Assembly (NCBI RefSeq): GCF_006345805.1
Contig: NC_043011.1
Location: 43,412,464-43,476,463, forward strand
From: Octopus sinensis
Taxonomy: Eukaryota
Length of the DNA stretch: 64,000 nt
Direction of reading: 5' to 3'
Below the pieces are notes generated by a model. The model was not told the DNA's origin and made no database searches. It saw nothing but the letters and a program-made list of their open reading frames with translations. The position numbers and the translations under genes were made by a program. Of this stretch, positions 1 to 64,000 are shown in pieces (position 1 is the stretch's first letter; every line of letters begins with the position of its first letter).

Positions 1-548
1 GTGGCCAGATACGTCCACTGGCTGTTGTGCGGTAAAGCAAATCTCGAGAGAGCCGAGCAATCGTACGAACACAAGCCAAAGGGAGTAATAGAAAATGAAC
101 ATTACAAAATACTCTGGAATTTTAACATGCAGTGCGACCAAGTCATAGAGGCGAGACGACCAGATATCGTGCTCATCTATAAAGATAAAAAAGAAGTAAA
201 GATAATGTATGTTGTAATACCAGGCGATTAGAGGGTGAAATATAAGGAAACAGAAAAGATTGAGAAATACCAGCCACTGCGGAACGAGATAGGAAAGTAA
301 TAGTGATACCGGTGGAAATTAGAGCATTAGGAGTAGTTTCCAAGGGCTTTGAAAGCATAATATTGGAGATGCTGTCAGGCTCGAGGTGATCCAGGAGACA
401 GCATTGTTGGGTACAGCTCGCATTCTAAGGAGAGTATTATCTCTTTGAGTCACAGGAGAAAGCACTACTTGAAACCTTTGGTGATTTGTTGTTGCCCGCA
501 AACAAGTAAAGAATAACCGGTAATTAAGAACTATCCGAGAGGTTTTCA
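1..548 (+). mobile_element. 3' remnant of an R4/Dong-type non-LTR retrotransposon (restriction-like endonuclease) with stops and frameshifts
   Basis: Peptide VARYVHW..YEHKP..ENEHYKILW..DQVIEARRPDIV..; downstream I.PV.I.ALG and ETALLGTARILRRVL; a short 3' UTR runs into (AAT)n. Confidence 0.85.
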
Positions 549-577
549 TAATAATAATGGTGATGATGATGATGATG

Positions 578-667
<90 letters not shown>

Positions 668-762
668 GTTATAATCCTTCTACTAAACTTTCAAGGCCTA
701 AAATTTGGGGGAAGGGGATTACAGTAGTCGATTACAAAATAATATTAATAATAATAATAATG

Positions 763-800
<38 letters not shown>
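549..800. repeat. Compound (GAT)n/(AAT)n and (AGT)n microsatellites
   Basis: Directly visible. Confidence 0.95.
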
Positions 801-801
<1 letters not shown>

Positions 802-1232
802 AACTTTGTTAGGTTATTGGTTTCTGTTAATAAAAATCTTAGCGGAATAATAACTATACGCTTGATTTTGATGAAAAAAATGTGTGTATTATAAAGAGAG
901 ATTTACTGTAACTCTTTTTGTTTAACCAAACGAAAAAAACAGTTTGGTATTGTTATTTGATGGACGCAGAAAAATTTAAAACAGTCTTATTCCGGAAGGC
1001 TTACGCCCTAGGGAAATATATAATCGGTTTAGAAAATTGTTCAACGATATCTAATACATAATATACTGTGATGTGGTGATGATAAGTTTCAAAATGACTA
1101 GGTAGAGATGGCATGTAACTTGTTCGCTCAGAGGAAAATATTGTCTTTTCTTTGTGGAAGAATACGTAGACTGCGAAGACATTCAGGAGCTAGAATGTGT
1201 TGGTAAATGAGTCATCACAAATAAGTCTAGAG

Positions 1233-1569
1233 CAGTGGTTCTCAACCGGGGTTCATATGGCTTCGAGGGTCATTATAAGAATTTTGGAGATCACATAACA
1301 AAATAGTAAACTGGGGATTCACAACAGTATTTTAAGAGCCCCTCAAAAAATTTTGTTTTAGATGTATGTATTGGTATGTATTGCAAGCAACAGCTAGATT
1401 TCTTTCTCTAACATTTTACATGATTCAACATAAACAAGTTAATGTGTGGAAAAAAAGAGATAGCAATTTTGAAAGAAGTTTCCATGAAACTAGTTTTTAA
1501 ACATCGAATGGCGCCAGAATAAAATTGTAATCAAAGTGCTCCATAGATAAAAGATTTTGAGAACCAGTG
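1233..1569. mobile_element. Non-autonomous hAT (Charlie/Buster-type) MITE, 337 bp
   Basis: TIRs CAGTGGTTCTCAA and TTGAGAACCAGTG (1 mismatch); perfect 8-bp TSD GTCTAGAG at 1225-1232 and 1570-1577, matching the nTCTAGAn target preference. Confidence 0.92.
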
Positions 1570-2109
1570 GTCTAGAGCCTTGGTTTGAGTAGTAGTAGCA
1601 GATACACAAATGTAGGTACAACAATCCATTGAATTCCCTATGAGCCGGACAAAGAACCAGTGACCGGTAGAATAGAAAATGCGAGTATTTTTGGATGCTG
1701 TTTTTCTAATGTTATACAGCTCAGACCATCACATTGTGAATATAATTTATAAGCTTAAACATTATATAATTTTTGATGAAAATCTAAAATGTTATTAGAA
1801 GAATAAATATAATACTAAAATAACACAAAATATCCCAGCCAAGTAATTAAATATAAAATCGTCCTTTGCCTCTGAGACCAGCCTTGATCGAGAAGATACC
1901 ATCAAATTCATTCCAGCTGTGTCTGTTTTATTTTTGTCCAGACACAACATTTCTAGAACTAAATAATTTAATATATTTCGGTAGCAATAGATTTCTCATA
2001 AGAAATTATATTAGATTTCCAACATTTTAAATCAAAACACTGTGTGGCCATATAAGCTGACATATTGGTTTCAAAATATTGGCACAAGGTCAACAAGCTT
2101 ATATATATA

Positions 2110-2490
2110 TTAGTCAGTAATGTAGGTAGACGAATATGGTCAATTTCTTAGGATGAGGCAGCATTTCAAAATGCCGCATCTTATTACAATAGCGCATTAA
2201 GGAATAGTGGATTCTCTGAGAAGACCCAGTATAACCAACTTAATGCTAGCAGTAATGCTACACGTAGAATTAGGACCAGGAAGGTTTTGTGGTTTAACCC
2301 AGCTTTCAATATGACCGTAAAAATAAATATAGGTAGGGAATTCTTAAAATTAGTCTCTAGTCATTTTCAACCTGACCATAAGTTTTATAGATTATTTAAT
2401 AGAAGAACGCTTAAGATCAGATATTCTTGCTGTAAAAACTTCGCCTTTTTCATTAACCAACACAACAATGATGTAATTGCAAATAATCAT
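2110..2490 (+). mobile_element. Penelope-like element remnant (RT-to-GIY-YIG linker, Naiad-like)
   Basis: AASYYNSALRNSGF..RTRKVLWFNPAFNMTVKINIGREFLKLVSSHF..HKFYRLFNRRTLKIRYSC matches the IIWFNPP..NVKTNIG..FL.L...HF..YSC pattern. Confidence 0.75.
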
Positions 2491-3432
2491 ATATTATTTG
2501 AAAAAAATGTCACAGGAGAGTTAAACCTGAAAGATTGTTTCAGATTTGTTACAGTATATTGCGAGTATTGTATTAAATAATGCCCGTCGATAAGATCTCG
2601 AACATAAATGATTCAAAACCGAGTTTACTGTTGTATTTTCAGCTAGTGGCATATATAGGTTATTAGTTTGTTTCACCTGTGTCAAGTTCAAAAGTAGAAT
2701 CAACATATTGATAATGGTATAACTAACGATAGGATTAACGTTTTTGAAGAAACCATCTCGGTGTTTCTATCCTGGAAGATATCATATTAGCCAAAAGAGA
2801 CAGACATTGTGCGTGCATGTGTTGTTTTGTGTGTGTTCAAAAGAACAGATATAGTGAAATACGATATTAATTGAGAAAACAAACAAATCTAACTTTAATG
2901 AAGTAAATCTATGAGATGTTCTGTTTTCTAAATAGTATTCGAAAGGAAATGTCTTCACTGTTTGTTGATGTTCTGACGTTCAAGTACTTTCGACGCTAAA
3001 CCAATAAAGAAAAACATATATGAAAGTCTACTTAAGCTGGTTCTTAGCTAGAACGTTTCTGCGTGATTATGAAGTGTGTGTGGTTTAGTGTACTGGGATT
3101 ATGTCTATTTCAGCCCAAGTGAACTTTGCTATGATCAAGAGTTATAGCGAGTCATTCAATCAAATTTTGTCGAGACTTTATTAGTATTATTATCTTCAGT
3201 CTTGTGAAGAGATAACAGCTCATTAGATTGTGGGGAAATAGTTGATAAGGACTTCACACATTCGCATAATATACACACCAACACTGACACACTTAAATAA
3301 ATATATACATATATGTAAGTATTTATATAAAATATGTATACATAAATATGTATGTATATATGCTTACATACATATATATATATGTATACATTCATATACA
3401 TATATGTATATATATATATATTATATATATAT

Positions 3433-3477
<45 letters not shown>

Positions 3478-3564
3478 CTCTCCCTCTCTCACATTTCTTG
3501 GCATTCTCTTTAACTTCTCTACTTTCCTTCGTTATCCCCCTAGTACTTTTCCCTCTGTCCCTTC

Positions 3565-3604
<40 letters not shown>

Positions 3605-3916
3605 TTCCGTCCCTAATTCTTCAATCACTCTGCTCCCTTCCTCTCTCTGTTCCTTCCACGTGACCGGTGTTCGGCCAAGCGTCATCTTTCTTTCTCGGCC
3701 CGTACAACACCTTATTGTCCTGTGTCCTGACTTTCATCTATGTCTGTGCCTCAATGCTTTCACTCTACACACCAGCATAACTCAACTTTTCCTTATTAGA
3801 CGAAAGACACCTGTTGTTATTCTCTTGTTGTTTGTATTTGTAATCGTGTGTCATTTTCTCCGTTTTCTCCTCCTTTTGTCTGTATTGTTCTACACATTCG
3901 CTTGCTTATATAAAAA

Positions 3917-4153
3917 TACCTATTTCTTTATTGCCCACAAGGGGCTAAACACAGAGGGGACAAACAAGGACAGACAAACGGATTAAGTCGATTACATCGA
4001 CCCCAGCGCGTAACTGGTACTTAATTTATCGACCCCGAAAGGATGAAAGGCAAAGTCGACCTCGGCGGAAGTTGAACTCAGAACGTAACGGCAGACGAAA
4101 TACGGCCACGCATTTCGTCCGGCATGCTAACGATTCAGCCAGCTCGCCGCCTT
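3917..4153 (-). mobile_element. SINE family A (tRNA head plus Nin/Deu-like core plus alpha tail), monomer
   Basis: On the minus strand: A box-like ggcgagctggc, B box gagttcaa, core ggtcgactttgcctttcatcctttcggggtcgataaattaagtacc, tail ending aataaagaaata. Confidence 0.85.
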
Positions 4154-4404
4154 CTAAATACCATGTACAAAATGGTCATTTTTTTTTTTTATTTTGCCAA
4201 ATAAACACACTACATATTCGTTCTTCACTCATTAATTACTATTCTTATTTCAACTCATATCAATTGTCCGAAAATCTTTCGTCACGCACCTGTGATCTCT
4301 TCTGCGTCACTTTCCGTCCTCGTGTGCTCCTGCTCCGCTTAGTCCATGGGGTTCAGAGTAAAACGATTCTGCTACACAACGCTAAGGCAGCCTTTTCAGC
4401 TAAT

Positions 4405-4815
4405 GTTGAGGAGGGTGATGAGGGTAATGGTGATGGTAGTAGTGGTGATGGTGATGTTACTGATGATGATGATGATGATGTTGATGGTGATGATGATGAT
4501 GTTACTGATTATGATGATGATTATGTTGATGAAGATGAAGATGATGATGATGATGATGGTCGTTGTCAACATGAAGATAATATACATGGTATTGACGGTA
4601 GTGGCGGTGGTGTTAATGCCGATGAGGATGAAATGATGACGTTGATGGTGGTGTAGGTGGTGGTGAGTGCTGCTGTTTGTGGTGGTGAGTGCTGCTGTTT
4701 GTGATGATGGTTATATTGATGACGATGATGATACGTTGATGATGATAATGATGATGATGAGGAGGAGGAGGAGGAGGAGGTGGAGGATATTGGTGATGGT
4801 GATTGTAATGACAAC
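4405..4815. repeat. Degenerate (GAT)n/(GGT)n/(GAG)n array just upstream of exon a
   Basis: Directly visible; the source of the poly-D/M/I ORFs. Confidence 0.9.
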
Positions 4816-4883
4816 GAGGAGGATGATATCAATGTCTACACGAATATATGGATTTTATCTAATGTTGCTTTATTTTATTTCAG

Positions 4884-60655
<55,772 letters not shown>

Positions 60656-60835
60656 GTAACATTGATTAATTTCACATATTCACCATACAGCTTGACTGTC
60701 CAGTATCTTAAAGTAATGTTTCTAAATGTCAAAGAAAGGAAGTCTTTTAAAAGCGTTGATGTAGATTGATTTAGCTCCGGAAAAGTATGCCACGTGTGGA
60801 CAAAGAATCTCAAGCGTAAAATCAATTATATAAAA

Positions 60836-60933
60836 GTGACGGTAGAATGTTCGCCTACCGCGCTGGTGGCTCGGGTTCGTTTCCAACGGCGGTGCCCCAG
60901 CATGGCCACAGCTCTCAAACCGAAACTAGTAAA
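60836..60933 (+). pseudogene. tRNA-Gly-like head fused to the family C tail (mini-SINE or tRNA pseudogene)
   Basis: ggtagaatgttcgcctaccgcgctggtggctcgggttcgtttcc aligns with tRNA-Gly (GGTAGAATTCTCGCCTGCCACGCGGGAGGCCCGGGTTCGATTCC), then ggcggtgccccagcatggccacag..gaaactagtaaa. Confidence 0.65.
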
Positions 60934-60955
60934 TATATATACTGTTAAATTATTT

Positions 60956-61333
60956 AGGTGCAGGCATGATAGGTTGTTAAGATGCTCACTTTTCAACCAC
61001 TTGGTTTCCGATTCAATCCTACACCTCGATGTCTTGGGCAAGTTCTTCTAATACAGCCCCGGACCGGCCAATGCCTTGTGAGTTAATTTCGTGGACGGAA
61101 ACTGGATGGAAGCTCGCGTGTGTGTTTCTGTGTATTTATGCTTGTTCCCAACATACTGCTTGACAACAGGTGTTTGCATATTTTTACGTCCCCGTAACTT
61201 AGCAGTCGTCGAAAAAGTAAAATAGAATAAGTACCACATTATAGAATAGGTCCTGGGTTTTGTTCGACTAAGCACTTCTGGGCAGTTCCCCAGCATCGCC
61301 ACAGTCCAATGACTGAAACCCTAAAAAGATAAA
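60956..61333 (+). mobile_element. SINE family C, old copy
   Basis: tcttgggcaagt core and ccccagcatcgccacagtccaatgactgaaac tail. Confidence 0.75.
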
Positions 61334-61371
61334 ATTAATAAGTCCATTATAAACAGATGAGTATATTATGT

Positions 61372-61545
61372 TGGTTTCAAATTTTGGCACAAGGCCAGCA
61401 AGTTCGGAGAAGTAGGCAAGTAGATTACATCGACCCCAATGCTCAACTGGTACTTAATCAATCGGCTCTGAAAAAAGGAAAAGCAAAGTCAACCACGGTG
61501 GAATTTGAACTCAGAACATAAAAACGTACGAAATGCCGCTAGAAA
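61372..61545 (-). mobile_element. SINE family A, beta tail
   Basis: ttggtttcaaattttggcacaaggccagc..gaatttgaactcagaac. Confidence 0.78.
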
Positions 61546-61956
61546 GTTGGTAAGCTTCAATCAGTTCGTGGCAGGAACAGAGAACAAGAAAGTGGTCAGA
61601 GTACAATCAAGAACAATAACAATTTATTGGCATCGGAGGTTAGGTTACACACTTTTTACCATATAGGAATTACGATGAAATTCAATAAGTTGAAAGCCTT
61701 TGTATAGCTCATGGTTAGCAATTACAGTTTCAATAAATGCAAATAAAAATCCAAACTGAGGGAGTGAAACGGGTAAAATGCAGTTTGTAAAGAATCATCT
61801 AGCTAAGAAACATATGTAGCCTGCTTTTTACCCGTTCCACTCCCTCAATTCGGATTATATAAATATGTGTGTGTGTGTGTGTATGTGTATGTATATGTGT
61901 ATGTGTATTATGTATATATACGTATATGTATGTATGTTTATATTTATGTGTATGAT

Positions 61957-61987
<31 letters not shown>

Positions 61988-62040
61988 TTATGTATGTGTA
62001 TGCATATGTGTGTTTGTATGTATATATATATATATATATG

Positions 62041-62088
<48 letters not shown>

Positions 62089-62587
62089 CATCAGAGTTGT
62101 TGTGGTCTGCTCTGGTAAATATAATTTATATAACGGTGTACATGAGCTTTAGCAGATGTTTCGCGGGAGACATTTCGTTAGGTAGAGAAGAGGAAACATT
62201 TTCTCCGTCAGGCAACAAAAGTTAGTCCCAAAACGCCAGACTTCTTCTTACTTCACTGCTTAGTAACTTCCACAAACTTGCAGGCTTCACTATTTATTTA
62301 ATAAGTACCAGTATTATATCAGGTTCTGATTATCAAACGATTAAACGCCATACCCTGGAACAAAATTTGACCACATTCTACGTTCAAACGAAAAACGAAA
62401 TGAATAAAATAAACAGGTAGATGAACATATTTCCTTAGTCCATATCAAAGGAAATTTAATAATATCATAGAAATCCGATTTTAGATATCGATGGATTCTG
62501 GTGTATATTTTGAGCAATTCATTTATTGGAATGAGCACATACAATCGCACGTATATTTCTACAAACACGAACACACACACAGATATA

Positions 62588-62666
<79 letters not shown>

Positions 62667-63493
62667 TATATTATGTATGTATATACATGTATGTATATAC
62701 ATGTATGTATATACATGTATGAATATATATATATGTATATATATATATATATGTATATGCATGTATGTATGTGCACACTCATGGACGCGTGTGTTTTTAC
62801 TGACGCATGCGCAGACCTACAAGTTATTAAGAATGTACAGAAACGAAATTCTCGGAAAACTAAATTATTTCTTATAAAAATAGAAGAGCTGTTTCATTGT
62901 TTCTTTTTTTTTTGTTTTTTTTTTTGGTTCAAAGAAAGAGTTAAACTCCTCGGGTTAAGCAATAAAGTAGATTATGCACATACAAGTACACACACGAAAG
63001 ATAACTGAAGACTCATACACATACATACGCACGCACGCACACGAACACAGACATATCTGTATGTGCTTTGACAATTACATATTTATACATACACAGGTGA
63101 ACACACTTGTACATATGCATCCATGTCATAGAGTGTACGATCTTATATGATTACAAATAAACAGACAGCAGAACATTGACTTAACAAGAAATACACATTC
63201 ACAAACATATATTCTGGTGCGTTTGCGTAAATATATGCAGATGGATGCATGCATCTGTGCGTGTATGTGTATTTAAGTGTATGCGTTTATGTGTGAGTGT
63301 GTGTGTGTGTATTTAAGTCTATGCGTTTATGTGTGTGTTTCGTTTACAAAGTGAGAGATGAACGGAAAAATAATATAGGAAAGAGGTAGGAAAAAGAAAG
63401 ACAATACAACCGCATACAACCGGCCATTATCAAACGTCCACACACACATACACACGCACATAATCAATAGACGTACACACACCCGTATATGGA

Positions 63494-63877
63494 TGGAAGC
63501 ACTCCGTCAGTTATGACGACGAGAATTCCGGTTGATCCGAATCAACGGAACAGCCTGCTCGTGAAATTAACGTGTAAGTGGCTGAGCACTCCACAGACAC
63601 GTGTACCCTTAACGTAGTTCTCGGAGATATTCAGCGTGACACAGAGAGGGACAAGGCCGGCCCTTTGAAATACAGGTACAACAGAAACAGGAAGTAAGAG
63701 TGAGAGAAAGTTGTGGTGAAAGAGTACAGCAGGGATCACCACCATCCCCTGCCGGAGCCTCGTGGAGCTTTAGGTGTTTTCGCTCAATAAACACTCACAA
63801 CGCCCGGTCTGGGAATCGAAACCGCGATCCTATGACCGCGAGTCCGCTGCCCTAACCACTGGGCCATTGCGGCTCCA
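63494..63877 (-). mobile_element. SINE family D, young full-length copy, inverted relative to 59146-59530
   Basis: About 14 differences over about 380 bp by manual alignment. Confidence 0.92.
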
Positions 63878-63960
63878 CTCTCACACACATATATACATAT
63901 ATACACATGCTTTTGAGTGTAGGCTGCAACTAAAAAATATGTTGTATTTTCGTTTTATCA

Positions 63961-64000
63961 AGCTTATTTTTATATTTTCAAATGACTTTCTTGCAGTTTC
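63961..64000 (+). other. Possible splice acceptor of the next AC exon (exon would start at 63997)
   Basis: T-rich tract plus aatgac plus tttcttgcag|TTTC at the window edge; cannot be verified from 4 nt. Confidence 0.35.

Noticed and set aside
4072-4656. 194-aa acidic ORF
   Set aside because: It starts in a SINE and runs through a (GAT)n array; it has no splice or phase link to the cyclase.
1-4883. Search for the preceding cyclase exon (..DVWS.DV.LAN.ME.GG..)
   Set aside because: Not found, so it must lie upstream of the window.

Overview
AT-rich, microsatellite-dense animal genomic DNA, most likely an Octopus genome (inferred from the SINE families and repeat landscape). The only host gene is on the + strand: six internal coding exons (688 nt over about 56 kb; 4884-5025, 23469-23642, 49787-49827, 56973-57120, 58967-59064, 60571-60655) of a Ca2+/calmodulin-stimulated transmembrane adenylyl cyclase (ADCY1/rutabaga type). 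All junctions are GT-AG and phase-compatible. They give one open 229-codon stretch: (G)[47 protein letters not shown]|QPSTLFERGFGGLRPKKLSFRNVSNCVMRLMQSVKFNAEIPFSNVLLSPVDEKSTSKL|[14 protein letters not shown]|LSSVPPPEPLDRVNKYLAQAITARSIEQETANHVHFSTLRFKNSAKEKK|YQGVDDIAFNSSMICSLVMLVCTAGLQVIVLPR|TFLLLLLFLAAFSWIAIILILILSVKLK. This covers the end of C1a, the C1b region with its CaM-binding helix, and the first two M2 helices. The introns hold about 30 tRNA-derived SINE copies or fragments (my labels A-D; modular, with CORE- and Nin/Deu-like cores), plus dead R4/Dong-, HERO-, L1/Tx1-, CR1- and Penelope-like remnants, a mariner, a hAT MITE and many simple repeats. The most interesting signals are three. 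(1) Inverted SINE pairs and fold-back hairpins bracket individual exons, including the frame-symmetric CaM-binding exon; these are candidate dsRNA, ADAR or splicing switches. (2) SINE modules are shuffled combinatorially. (3) A non-coding element of about 550 bp sits in an (AAT)n tract next to an R4-type LINE. Identities and family names are by-eye or from memory; no database search was run. All regulatory roles are hypotheses.
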